Shown here in pieces: positions 19,820-29,495 of a DNA stretch of 64,000 nucleotides. The translations under genes and the position numbers were made by a program. The DNA lies in NCBI GenBank assembly GCA_964559915.1, contig CAZLJP010000004.1, positions 16,336 to 80,335 of the forward strand, written 5' to 3'. This DNA comes from an uncultured Candidatus Saccharibacteria bacterium (GTDB taxonomy: Bacteria > Patescibacteriota > Saccharimonadia > Saccharimonadales > JALRHH01). The first letter of the stretch is position 1; each line of letters opens with the position of its first letter. The notes below the pieces were generated by a model. It was not told where the DNA came from. It was given only the letters and a program-made list of their open reading frames with translations, and searched no databases.

Positions 19820-20060
19820 AATTTATTATTATAGAGCAGCTTGGGGTGACTTAGAGCGCAGTGTAGAATTGGACTGGCTGCTCATTCGCAAGCGAATCCA
19901 GGAATTGCTCAGTTTGCAGGATATCAGGCAAAACATTCTGGGTTCTTGGGTCGACAAAGCCTACTACCGACCATCCTCCAAACCCCAGAGTTACTAGAAG
20001 CCCTCACCCAAGAAAAACCCCATTTTCTACACCCAACTGGGTAAGTAAGGTTAATCCTGT

Positions 20061-20672
20061 CTATACCAGGCCCACTACTACCACTGCTGCTGAGCTATTC
20101 TTGGTAATTTCTGCCAATGAAAATTCTTGGCCTGGATCTGAGCCGCCATACAGATTACCTTTGTATTTATTGGGTAAGATAAAGCCTCTTTCTAGTTCCA
20201 CACTTTCGTGGCTTGCTATTTTTTCTAACACTTTGGCTATGTCTTCGTTTGGTGCACGTTGGATAGTGTCATTGGATGAAAGATCGGGGAACATAGTTGA
20301 AGATACCGATGCAAATAATCTCATCACTGCAGGGTTGCGCGTAATACCACACACCGTTTTAGCACTTGTGTGGGTTATTGCTTCTTCTAGCATATCGTGT
20401 CCGATACCACGGCCGTGATAGCTGGGGTGTACGGCTATACCGTTTACGTATAACGAGTGATCGTCTGAGATTCTGTATAGACCAAAGGCCACCGCCTCTA
20501 ATCCAGAAAGGGCTATCTGGGCTATATCTGATGATTTAAAATTAGCATTCACTGCTTCTCCGAAATCCTGAATAGACCTACCGAATGCGCTGACACCGAT
20601 TTCCTGACACTGTGGGTATCTATCGAGTGCATAAGAAGGGTTATCATAGAACTCTATTTCAATATTTGCCAT
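20061..20672 (-). CDS. GNAT-family N-acetyltransferase
   Basis: Acetyl-CoA motif A: IAVHPSYHGRGIGHDMLEEAI. Confidence 0.75.
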   Translation of the reverse strand: MANIEIEFYDNPSYALDRYPQCQEIGVSAFGRSIQDFGEAVNANFKSSDIAQIALSGLEAVAFGLYRISDDHSLYVNGIAVHPSYHGRGIGHDMLEEAITHTSAKTVCGITRNPAVMRLFASVSSTMFPDLSSNDTIQRAPNEDIAKVLEKIASHESVELERGFILPNKYKGNLYGGSDPGQEFSLAEITKNSSAAVVVVGLV

Positions 20673-20692
20673 TGTCTATAGTCCTCAGGAAC

Positions 20693-21409
20693 TTAGTGAT
20701 TACTGTATTGTTTCTGCAAAAATTCAGTTGTTCTGCGAATAGCGAGCTCTGCCGCTTCTTTTACGCCCTTGCCCTTATATAAACCAGCAATAAAATGAGC
20801 AAAAAAGGTATCACCGGCTCCGACAGTACTAGATATGTTTGTTAATGAGTTCACTTTTAGAGTGAGTAGTTCACCTTGGCAATAAATCTTTACCTCATGG
20901 CTGCCGTCGGTAATGACAAGTAACCTGCTTTTCTGCGATTCTACAACTTCAGAAGGAAGATACTCTATCTCTTCTTTTGTGCCCTTCAAGCAGTAAATGT
21001 CATCATAATTTCTTGCATCACTCCAAATATGCTTAGTCCCGAATGTACCTGCTATTCTTGTGTAACCTTGTATATCTATGAACAGTCGTGCTGGTAGCTG
21101 TAGGGAAGGACTAAAGTGCCACTCGTCAAGAACGGATGAGACCACAGTCCATTCATTAAACATGCTCTGTGAGATCTCCTTAGAAGGCAGTTGCTCAACC
21201 TTACCAACCTGATCTCGGTTATCATTGACTATTGTAACTGAGGCCGTGTCGCTGCTATGAGTTTCAAACGGAACTTTCTCTTCAAGAAAAACATTACTGA
21301 TAAATAACGCTGGCCCACCTTCCTTCGTAAGCCACTCATTATCTGCACTTGATTGTATGCGATCAATCGCAAAGGTAGAGATTAGGGATATTTTATGCAT
21401 GTCAGACAT
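20693..21409 (-). CDS. PfkB-family carbohydrate/nucleoside kinase (short)
   Basis: C-terminal PfkB signature TVGAGDTFFAHFIAGL. Only 238 aa. Confidence 0.65.
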   Translation of the reverse strand: MSDMHKISLISTFAIDRIQSSADNEWLTKEGGPALFISNVFLEEKVPFETHSSDTASVTIVNDNRDQVGKVEQLPSKEISQSMFNEWTVVSSVLDEWHFSPSLQLPARLFIDIQGYTRIAGTFGTKHIWSDARNYDDIYCLKGTKEEIEYLPSEVVESQKSRLLVITDGSHEVKIYCQGELLTLKVNSLTNISSTVGAGDTFFAHFIAGLYKGKGVKEAAELAIRRTTEFLQKQYSNH

Positions 21410-21416
21410 TGACTAT

Positions 21417-22253
21417 TTATCGTCCTGAGCCCACGGATTTTTGAAAGTTATCAACAAACTGTTTAACCCTAATCCGGTCTATTCGTTGATCAGATGCTTT
21501 GATATTAATTTCATCATTTCTTGCAGCCCCTTCTTTGAGGGCCGTACTTACGATTACGCCAGTAATATACGGCGCTAGATGCTTGATGTTCTCTGCTGAT
21601 GCGCCGCTGCCAACAAATATCGGGGTGGTTGGTAGAGCATCCGAAAGCTGACTAAGCTGCATTATGTCCGGAGCATCACCAGTCCATTTTCCTGTGACAA
21701 TAAGACCATCAGAGCCATGTCTGTTAGCGAGTTTTGCAGTGCCTAGAATATCCAGATCAGTTAAGATTTGTGCATGCTTCACATGTATATCGGTTAACAA
21801 CAGGATATCTTCTGCTTCTATAAATTTACGGTATTTCAGAACATCTTGCGGGTTGCCAATGACTCGACCATAGGAGGTTTCAACTTCATCAACAAATACC
21901 GGTACACGGACAAACTTTGCCCCACAAATCTTGGCAATTGATAGGGCCGCCTCGTAATCATTCCAAAGAACAGACACTCCAAGTGGCAACTTAGTGTGTT
22001 TACTGATCTCGCTAAGGAGATACGTCATTGTAGCGACTGTTTCCGGACCAACTTTTATTTTGTGAGGTGTATCATAATTATTCTCAATCATGACAGCATC
22101 CACGCCACCCTTCTCTAGTGAAGCTAGATCAGCCAGTGCATCTTTCAGAACAATATCTACATTAAAGCTGGAGCTATAGCCAAGAAGTGGTCCAAAGTGA
22201 ATCATTCCAATGACTGGATACTCGGTATTAAATATATTCTTGATATTGCTCAT
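21417..22253 (-). CDS. BtpA/SgcQ-family TIM-barrel protein
   Basis: VIGMIHFGPLLGYS start and overall length typical of the BtpA family. GSGAS near the C-terminus resembles a phosphate-binding motif. Confidence 0.65.
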   Translation of the reverse strand: MSNIKNIFNTEYPVIGMIHFGPLLGYSSSFNVDIVLKDALADLASLEKGGVDAVMIENNYDTPHKIKVGPETVATMTYLLSEISKHTKLPLGVSVLWNDYEAALSIAKICGAKFVRVPVFVDEVETSYGRVIGNPQDVLKYRKFIEAEDILLLTDIHVKHAQILTDLDILGTAKLANRHGSDGLIVTGKWTGDAPDIMQLSQLSDALPTTPIFVGSGASAENIKHLAPYITGVIVSTALKEGAARNDEINIKASDQRIDRIRVKQFVDNFQKSVGSGR

Positions 22254-22283
22254 TAATTAAATCTTTCCACAATCATAACAGCC

Positions 22284-23054
22284 CTAAACTATGTCAAAGT
22301 TGTCGGGTGAGGTGTTCTTAGCTTCTATTAGTGCACTAACTATTGTATCAGTCTTCTCTGTTTGCATACCAGTGTAATCTGGGCTAAGAACACCGCTTAT
22401 CCAACAGGTTAACATACCAATTTTTCGCGCAGGTAGAATGTCTTGACTCAGCGAATCTCCTACAGAGATTACATGGTCAACCCCTATATTAAATTCCGAA
22501 GCGATTTCAGAGAATACCCTTGGACCATCCACTTTCTTAGGCGGGCCATTTTCACGAGTATACGCATGGAATCCATCAAAATTAGAACTGATATCATAGC
22601 CTGACTCAGCAAGAATTCTCATTGCCAGCAAGTCTGGGCTGCTAGTCAGTGCAACCGTCAGAACACCTGCATCCCGCAAGCTTGCTATGGATTGGCTCAG
22701 ATCAGACTTGTCATGAAATAATTCATCTGTTTTGATCTGCACCATCGTGTCATACAAAATATCAAAGTTTGGTGATTTTTTACTGATATCCGAGAAATGC
22801 TCAGTAACAGTACCACTAAATAATGCGTGCTCAGCACCATTGTAGTTTTCACGGTAGAAGCTTGCTAGATGCTCGGCTCGCTCATCATCTAGGCCAAAAT
22901 GTTGGGCAATTGCCAGCTTCACTGACAGGGAGTACTGCTCATAGAATGCTGGATCCTTTGGAAAAGCAAGTGTGTGGTCAACATCAAAGATAGCCATCTC
23001 AACACTAGACAGTAGCCCTGATTCAATTGGATTTATCGTAAACCGTTGATCCAT
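22284..23054 (-). CDS. HAD-superfamily hydrolase
   Basis: Motif I FDVDHTL and motif IV-like VGDSLSQD. Confidence 0.7.
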   Translation of the reverse strand: MDQRFTINPIESGLLSSVEMAIFDVDHTLAFPKDPAFYEQYSLSVKLAIAQHFGLDDERAEHLASFYRENYNGAEHALFSGTVTEHFSDISKKSPNFDILYDTMVQIKTDELFHDKSDLSQSIASLRDAGVLTVALTSSPDLLAMRILAESGYDISSNFDGFHAYTRENGPPKKVDGPRVFSEIASEFNIGVDHVISVGDSLSQDILPARKIGMLTCWISGVLSPDYTGMQTEKTDTIVSALIEAKNTSPDNFDIV

Positions 23055-24565
23055 TCAGCACCTTTGTCACCTGCATAGAGCTTGGTTGCTGCAACATAAT
23101 CTTGTAGCTTATCCAGAGCAAGCCCTGACTGGATTACTTCCAAGGCTTCTTTTGTGGCCGCACGTAAGTAACTTTGGTTAACTCGCCTAGAATCCACATC
23201 TAAAGCGTCAGGCTCTGTAAGATACTTTGTCGTAAATATGCCAAGCCCTGCCGTCATAGCAAGATACATAGACTTTGCTTCGTCTTCCCCGCTGAGGGCG
23301 GCACGATTATTACGGAGGATTTCTTCAGCATTATTAGGAATGAGGAGCTTCTTTAAACTCATTTTCTTAAGATCACGTGGGTCGTAAAAATCCTCTTGAT
23401 ACAATGCGTAGGTGCCTTTAGGTTTTCCGTCCACCGCAAAACCAACCAACGATGCATACGGGAACGGGGCAATCTCATCAATTCGTACTCTTTCCTTTAG
23501 TTTTGGATTTGCATAATACGTAGTGTCTTTGAGCATCTTAGGGTCAATCTTTTTAAGATTTGTACCACAATAGACTGCACTATTACCGTATTGCTGGTAG
23601 CCTTTCTCTGAAAGAATAGTTAATGCATCTAAGATTGTGTCTGGATGTACTTTCTCATTCACGCCAATAAATGCCTGAACTGGGCTCTCGGCTGAAACGG
23701 TAAATGCTAGTGGACCTATGATGTGGTTAATCGTCTCACCTTTGAGAATGTGAGATAGTGTATGTATAGTTCGTGTGTTGTGACAACTTGACATAAATAG
23801 GCCTGATTCTTTAAGTGTCAGATCATAGGCCTCAGGGCTATGGAAGTCGGAACGAGCACCTACTTTTTCAATGGCAGTCTGCCCGGCAAGCTTTGAGGTA
23901 TTTGGATATGAGTGGTGCTTGTGTACTGGCCCAACAGCGGAAAGAACAAGTGACCCAAGTGTTGAAAGGCTGAATAATTTTGAAGCCTCCCCGTTTTTGA
24001 TGTCATATCCCTTATCACCGCCCATACCACCAAATGACAGAATCGGAACTTTAGTCTCTGTTCTAACTACCGTATCCAAGTGAATGGTCCCAGCTACTAA
24101 ACCAGCAATCTCACTACTAGTAAGACCACGGTAGGCTTCCTTTACGGACATACCTTCCAGCAATGCCGTCGCCTGAAGCATGTGTGTCAGATCAAACTCC
24201 GATACATCATTAGTACCAGGTAGGCCTTTGATATCACCCTTAATTATTCGGGCAAGTGGACGATTCAGAGCGCTGCATACAAATGATGTTAAGCTAAAAG
24301 ACTCCTCAAAAGTGAGGTCTTTTCCGTGCTTTAAAGCATCGTCTATTGTGTAAAAACCTTGTTGTTCAAATAACGGGGCCATGTCTCTACGAGCAGCATC
24401 AACCTTTTCTGGCAAGCTAGCAGCATAGCCTGTTGAATGAGCAAGCTTATTAAGACTCTCGTTGCAATCAATTCGTATAGAGCCTCCATCTGCCTGAGGT
24501 AAATCCTGTATGTAAGGTTCGCCCCCTAATTGCATAGTGGCGACTTGTTCAATACCTGTATTCAT
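23033..24565 (-). CDS. divergent glycosyl-transferase family 3 protein (TrpD / nucleoside-phosphorylase fold), 510 aa
   Basis: FGGMGGDKGY...FSLSTL...HKHHSYPNTSKLAGQTAIEKVG...INHIIGPL parallels TrpD GTGGDG..NIST...KHGNR..SS.SGSAD.LE.LG...FN.LGPL. It has a roughly 130-aa N-terminal extension and altered substrate residues. Confidence 0.6.
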   Translation of the reverse strand: MNTGIEQVATMQLGGEPYIQDLPQADGGSIRIDCNESLNKLAHSTGYAASLPEKVDAARRDMAPLFEQQGFYTIDDALKHGKDLTFEESFSLTSFVCSALNRPLARIIKGDIKGLPGTNDVSEFDLTHMLQATALLEGMSVKEAYRGLTSSEIAGLVAGTIHLDTVVRTETKVPILSFGGMGGDKGYDIKNGEASKLFSLSTLGSLVLSAVGPVHKHHSYPNTSKLAGQTAIEKVGARSDFHSPEAYDLTLKESGLFMSSCHNTRTIHTLSHILKGETINHIIGPLAFTVSAESPVQAFIGVNEKVHPDTILDALTILSEKGYQQYGNSAVYCGTNLKKIDPKMLKDTTYYANPKLKERVRIDEIAPFPYASLVGFAVDGKPKGTYALYQEDFYDPRDLKKMSLKKLLIPNNAEEILRNNRAALSGEDEAKSMYLAMTAGLGIFTTKYLTEPDALDVDSRRVNQSYLRAATKEALEVIQSGLALDKLQDYVAATKLYAGDKGAEWINGLR

Positions 24566-24617
24566 AGTATGTGCCTTATAACCCAGAGGGTTTCATTTAA
24601 ATAGCTTAGTTTGAGGT

Positions 24618-25634
24618 CTAAAAGCCCATTGAGCTCTTCATTTTGCCCAATACTTCCGTTGCGTTCTGGTGGGCTTTGCTGGCGCCATCTTCTAACACTT
24701 TATCTACATATTCTTCCGAGATAGCTGCCTTGCGCGTCTGAAACTCCAAAAGCAAGTCTTCAGTGATGTCACCCCACAGGGCCTTGAAGCTCCCCATCAC
24801 GGCCTTACCTGCCATATGCGCCTTCTTTAAATCTTTCAATTCATCCAAGTGCCCTTCATCAGTCGTAGTCTCTTTTGCTACAAGAAAATGACTGTCAACT
24901 GTCTCGTTCCATTCACCTGAATTTGCTGTTGCAGCGCGCTTTATTTTGCGGCGTGCCAGGTCTGGTTCGTCGGTTAACAGAATGGCTTGGTTGGGGTTGG
25001 TCTTGCTCATTTTACCCTTACCATCGAGACTGAGAATCCTAAGTGACTCCACGGCCAAGATACGGGGTTCTACGAGAGCTTCATTGCCAAACCTACTATT
25101 AAATCTGCTCGCAAGTTTTCTGGCCAATTCAAGATGTGGCTCTTGGTCTTCACCAACTGCAACCAATGGAGTCTCTTGAGCAAAAATGTCTGCTGCCATG
25201 AGTACTGGATAGCCGAGTAATCCAAAGTTTGCCTTTAACTCATCGCCGCTTTCTAGGTCGCCTTTTCTAAGTGCCGTTTGCATCTTTTCCTTAAGATTTG
25301 GTGTACGCGCAAGTTCCGCAACACTCACATAAGGAGCAAGACGATTAGCAATCTGAGTAACCGGAGCTTCAATCTCACTTTGCAGATAAATGGTCGTCTT
25401 GTCTGGATCAACCCCAAGTGCTAAACAATCATGAACAACTTCACTTCTATATGGAGCAATCTCACGAGGATCGTGGTCTGTCAATCCGTGAAGGTCAGCA
25501 ACAAAAACATACAGGTCATTTTCTGGATTATTTTGTATTTCGAGTGTAGGCTTGATGCCGCCCAAATAGTTGCCAACCGTAAGATCACTTGTTGGCCTAA
25601 ATCCGCTAATAACTCTTGCTGCTTGCTCTGACAT
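24618..25634 (-). CDS. trpS: tryptophan--tRNA ligase
   Basis: Class I aaRS. GFRPTSDLTVGNYLG (HIGH-region equivalent), KMSKT loop (GKGKMSKTNP), 338 aa. Confidence 0.93.
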   Translation of the reverse strand: MSEQAARVISGFRPTSDLTVGNYLGGIKPTLEIQNNPENDLYVFVADLHGLTDHDPREIAPYRSEVVHDCLALGVDPDKTTIYLQSEIEAPVTQIANRLAPYVSVAELARTPNLKEKMQTALRKGDLESGDELKANFGLLGYPVLMAADIFAQETPLVAVGEDQEPHLELARKLASRFNSRFGNEALVEPRILAVESLRILSLDGKGKMSKTNPNQAILLTDEPDLARRKIKRAATANSGEWNETVDSHFLVAKETTTDEGHLDELKDLKKAHMAGKAVMGSFKALWGDITEDLLLEFQTRKAAISEEYVDKVLEDGASKAHQNATEVLGKMKSSMGF

Positions 25635-25684
25635 ACCCTTCTCCTAGCTTATTTTGCATATATTAGCAACTATTTACTAAAATT

Positions 25685-26308
25685 TCAACTATATTGTTTT
25701 ACAAAATTACGGATCATTTCTAACCCATATTCTGTGCCAAATGACTCTGGATGAAATTGAACGCCATGGATGGGGTAAGCTTTATGTCGTATAGCCATTA
25801 TCTCTTGGCCGTTTTCTTGGCTCGAGTCGTCGTCATCAGAAACTACAGCAGTGACAATAAGATGATCTGGTATAGGCTTATTTGTATCAACCATCAGCGA
25901 GTGATAGCGCATGACATCTATTGACTGAGGTATGCCGCGGAATAAAGCATCTTCAGCAAGAATGTGGATGCGGCTTGTTTTGCCATGTATTGGTATGTTT
26001 GATCTTTTTAGACTAGCTCCAAATATTGACGTGATTCCCTGGAAGCCTAAGCAAACGCCTAATATTGGCAGACCTTTCGTCCCGAAATCTTCAATAACCG
26101 CACGACACAATCCAAAATAGTTTGGATTATCAGGAGAACCCGGGCCGGGGCTGATAACAACAGCATCATACTTACCCTTCTCTATATCCTGAAGAAAGTC
26201 GTCATCATTCCTTTTTACATCTACGTTCTCTACGCCTTCACACTTCGCAAATAAGTGCTGTAAGTTATATGTAAATGAGTCGTAATTATCTACTATTAAA
26301 ATTCTCAT
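25685..26308 (-). CDS. class-I glutamine amidotransferase (anthranilate/aminodeoxychorismate synthase component II)
   Basis: Catalytic LGVCLGFQ and HGVQFHPES motifs. ATGA overlap with the component I gene. Confidence 0.9.
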   Translation of the reverse strand: MRILIVDNYDSFTYNLQHLFAKCEGVENVDVKRNDDDFLQDIEKGKYDAVVISPGPGSPDNPNYFGLCRAVIEDFGTKGLPILGVCLGFQGITSIFGASLKRSNIPIHGKTSRIHILAEDALFRGIPQSIDVMRYHSLMVDTNKPIPDHLIVTAVVSDDDDSSQENGQEIMAIRHKAYPIHGVQFHPESFGTEYGLEMIRNFVKQYS

Positions 26309-27750
26309 GACTCGTCCTTAAGTGACTGGAGCGTAGTTTCCATCGCTGCTAACTTATGCCCAATCTCTTCGTATTCCTTTTCTGGCACAGAATCATATAC
26401 TATGCCTCCTGAAGTTTGCGTGAAACACTCATCACCTGCACAGAATAAGCTACGTATCGGCAAACAAAAGATCGCATCGCCTGTCATGCTCAGCCTGCCA
26501 ACTGCGCCACCGTATGGGCCTCGAGGCTCAGACTCATTATTGCTTATTAACTTCATTGCTTCTATCTTAGGAGCACCAGTTAATACACCTCCGGGTAATA
26601 TACTGGCTAGCACGTCATATCCAGTAGTGTCTTTCTTTAAAACTCCACGTATATCACTCACAATATGCTGAACATGACTGTATCTAATAAGATATTTTAG
26701 GTCAGTGACCTTCACACTGCCTGGGACACAAATCTTAGATATATCATTTCTGTGAAGATCAACCAGCATATTATGCTCAGCAACTTCTTTAGGGTCATTC
26801 ATTAATTCTCTTACTAGACTCTTGTCTGCCCTTGGGTGCTTACTACGGCGCGTTGTGCCAGCCGTAGGCGTAGTCAACACATCGCCGTCAACTGCAGTAA
26901 TTAAAACCTCTGGGCTAGCACCCATTAACTCTTGGTTGTTAAATTTAACGTAGAACATGTAGGGGCTTGGGTTAACTTCCCTCAGCTTGGAGTAAACTGC
27001 GATTTTATCGCCCTGAATTTTATACTTGTTCTTGTAGCCCACTTCAATTTGAAAGATATTGCCCCTCTTAATCTCTTCCAGCATGTCATTTACGACTTTA
27101 TTGTGCTGATCCTTGCTTAGTGTATGGCCCTTAGATGAAAAACCATCTAATTTCATAGGAATTTCTACTTCATCAAGTCCAGAGATTAGATCGACAACCA
27201 TAGCAGAACGATCGTCGTGATATGAATAGTAGTACAGTTCGTCTGTGGTTGAGTCATAAAGTAGGCCGTCTAGGTATAGACCAAGATGAAAGTTATCAAA
27301 ATCTTTATGCTCTTCCAGGGATAGTATTGGTTCAAAATAATTTACTGCTTCGTAACTAAAATAACCTATCAGGCCACCAAGCCGAGGAGTTCCAGCATAG
27401 TCAAGCTTAATAGTATCTCTCAGATAGTTATACGGATTATTTGTTTCAAAACTAATGTTCTGATTATCGGTATTGCAAAGATTGCGCATAGTATCTTTAT
27501 CACCACGTATCTCTAAGTTATTGCCATTTGCGATTAGCTCTGCCGCAGGCTCAAAGCCGATGGCGAAATATCTATCCTCGTGTCGGGGTAATGCTAAAGA
27601 TTCAAAAAGATATGCCGAGTTGTATTTTTTCTTTAATAAATAAAATAGCTTATAGTAGTCAATTCCTACCGCAATAACCTTGCCTAGGGGTTTACGATTT
27701 ATCCAATCTAGATTCAAATTTGGGGGTGTTACTTTTTTGTGTGTATTCAT
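26305..27750 (-). CDS. chorismate-utilising enzyme, anthranilate synthase component I / ADC synthase family
   Basis: LFES, TPTAGTTRR, YGGAVG and SGGIVYDSVPEKEYEE motifs. Ala at the position of E. coli PabB Lys274. Confidence 0.85.
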   Translation of the reverse strand: MNTHKKVTPPNLNLDWINRKPLGKVIAVGIDYYKLFYLLKKKYNSAYLFESLALPRHEDRYFAIGFEPAAELIANGNNLEIRGDKDTMRNLCNTDNQNISFETNNPYNYLRDTIKLDYAGTPRLGGLIGYFSYEAVNYFEPILSLEEHKDFDNFHLGLYLDGLLYDSTTDELYYYSYHDDRSAMVVDLISGLDEVEIPMKLDGFSSKGHTLSKDQHNKVVNDMLEEIKRGNIFQIEVGYKNKYKIQGDKIAVYSKLREVNPSPYMFYVKFNNQELMGASPEVLITAVDGDVLTTPTAGTTRRSKHPRADKSLVRELMNDPKEVAEHNMLVDLHRNDISKICVPGSVKVTDLKYLIRYSHVQHIVSDIRGVLKKDTTGYDVLASILPGGVLTGAPKIEAMKLISNNESEPRGPYGGAVGRLSMTGDAIFCLPIRSLFCAGDECFTQTSGGIVYDSVPEKEYEEIGHKLAAMETTLQSLKDES

Positions 27751-27771
27751 AGGGAAGGTTCAGGCCTCGGC

Positions 27772-28164
27772 TTACCAGCCTCGCCCTTTCTTCCATGTTC
27801 TGTGCGGAGTACTGGCAGGATGTTCTCCTTGGATCTTTCTTGACTCGGACATAATTGCCTTGAAAATTACGTGTGCTGATGTTGGTTTTAATAAGTGACC
27901 GACGCTCGCCTCACCAACTTTACGTAATATATCCTTTTCTCTCTGCCCAGCATGTACAGGTATTTCATGCTCTTTTTTAATCTGGCCGACCTGATCGCTT
28001 AGTACTGCACGTTTCTGCAGTAAATCTAAAATTTGATCGTCAATTGTATCTATCTGTGTTCTTATGTCTGCTAGTTCAATAGGGGCAAAATTATCAGATA
28101 AACACTCCGAACTTGACCCAACAGAATCAGTAAACATTGGTGTACTATAATTCTCTACGTTCAT
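27772..28164 (-). CDS. AroQ-type chorismate mutase-like protein
   Basis: LADIRTQIDTIDDQILDLLQKRAVLSDQVGQIKK...REKDILRKV matches the AroQ helix pattern. The N- and C-terminal extensions are unassigned. Confidence 0.7.
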   Translation of the reverse strand: MNVENYSTPMFTDSVGSSSECLSDNFAPIELADIRTQIDTIDDQILDLLQKRAVLSDQVGQIKKEHEIPVHAGQREKDILRKVGEASVGHLLKPTSAHVIFKAIMSESRKIQGEHPASTPHRTWKKGRGW

Positions 28165-28227
28165 TACGTGTCCTCTTCTTTAACTTTTGGATAATTATAA
28201 AAGATTTGGAAGTATAATGCAAGATAT

Positions 28228-28584
28228 CTATGTCTTTCGGGAAACAAGAACGGGCTTATCGCCCTCAATCCTCGGGACGATATGTATATGAGCATGAAAT
28301 ACTGTTTGATTAGCCAGTTTACCGATGTTTGATATGACATGGAAATTCTTATAGTTATATTCTTCCTGTATCAGGTCACGTGCCTGCAATACCATGGTAT
28401 GAACCTCAAGCATCTCTTCAACCGAAAGGTCAAAATATGATTCAATATGTCGCTTGGGTATGACTAGCTTATGCCCAGGATTGTGGGGTTTGATATTTTC
28501 TATACCGTAAATCAAAGGTGTTTCTGCAAAAACTGTATGTTCAAATTCAAGCGGCTCGACACAAAATTTACACGCATCATTCAT
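28228..28584 (-). CDS. HIT-family nucleotide hydrolase/transferase
   Basis: Histidine triad HAHIHIVPR. Confidence 0.85.
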   Translation of the reverse strand: MNDACKFCVEPLEFEHTVFAETPLIYGIENIKPHNPGHKLVIPKRHIESYFDLSVEEMLEVHTMVLQARDLIQEEYNYKNFHVISNIGKLANQTVFHAHIHIVPRIEGDKPVLVSRKT

Positions 28585-28683
28585 GGCAAAGACCTCAAGC
28601 TAATGTTGTAGATTTAATAATACATATGGCAGGGCCGAAACACCACATGCATATTTGGTTTCTGGATTTTGTCTCTGCTATTT

Positions 28684-29193
28684 TTATTTCAGCAAATTTA
28701 GAGCGTTATTAACACATACATGCATACTCTCGGACATGTTAAGACCATCAATATTACTATTATCGACCCATGCATAATCGTCATGTTCCTTAGGATTGAG
28801 AATAACTTCTCCTGGCTCTGTTTCTACTAAGAAATTGACTTGTCGAACATGTGGCTTACGATCAGTAGAGTAATCAAAGCCTTCAAAATTCGTTATAACT
28901 CTAGCTACCGTCAGCCCAGTCTCTTCTTTTACTTCACGAAGAGCTCCTTCAACTATGGTCTCTCCTTGATTGACTCCACCCCCTGGTAACTCATAGACTC
29001 CACCTAAAAAGTCATTAGCAGATCGACGAGCCATGAGAATCTTGCCGTCACGAACTATTGCTACGCCAGTAGAAATATGTGTGACCCCGTCCTTTTTTGC
29101 CTGTTCTCGAAAATCGTCTTCTGAAAATGTTGCATCGCTCTGCATATCTACTCTCCTTATTCTGTGAAACAGAGTATATGAAGAGGTTGCCAT
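28684..29193 (-). CDS. NUDIX hydrolase
   Basis: Nudix box LPGGGVNQGETIVEGALREVKEETGL. Confidence 0.85.
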   Translation of the reverse strand: MATSSYTLFHRIRRVDMQSDATFSEDDFREQAKKDGVTHISTGVAIVRDGKILMARRSANDFLGGVYELPGGGVNQGETIVEGALREVKEETGLTVARVITNFEGFDYSTDRKPHVRQVNFLVETEPGEVILNPKEHDDYAWVDNSNIDGLNMSESMHVCVNNALNLLK

Positions 29194-29495
29194 TCACAAT
29201 TGATTACGTCTCGAAAATAAATATTCAGTTGAACTTGAGTAACTACCTAATCGAGTTCAATTCCTGGATTTTTTCTCTGTTTTCGGCTAGTACTGCCCCA
29301 TACGGCAATATTGAAAGACTAACGTGATGAGCGGCTACGCAAGCTAGAAGACCTGTAAAAAATTGGCGTGAATGGCTATTCTAGACTGACCTCGATTTAA
29401 CCAAACAGCAACTGTGTGCTTGTTTACTGCGTAGAAATACCTTAGGATTAGGGTATTCATCAGACAAATCTTTCGTACACGAAAGGGCCCCCAGT

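Noticed and set aside
19820-20060. 240-bp gap with slightly higher GC and a possible 40-codon TTG-initiated frame (LDWLLIRKRIQELLSLQDIRQNILGSW...)
   Set aside because: It has no ATG, no RBS and no recognisable domain. It could be a gene remnant, but the evidence is too thin to call.
24618-25634. trpS inside the chorismate cluster as a self-resistance aaRS paralogue (as in indolmycin-type clusters)
   Set aside because: This cannot be judged from one window. In a reduced genome it is most likely the only TrpRS. It would only become interesting if a second trpS exists elsewhere.
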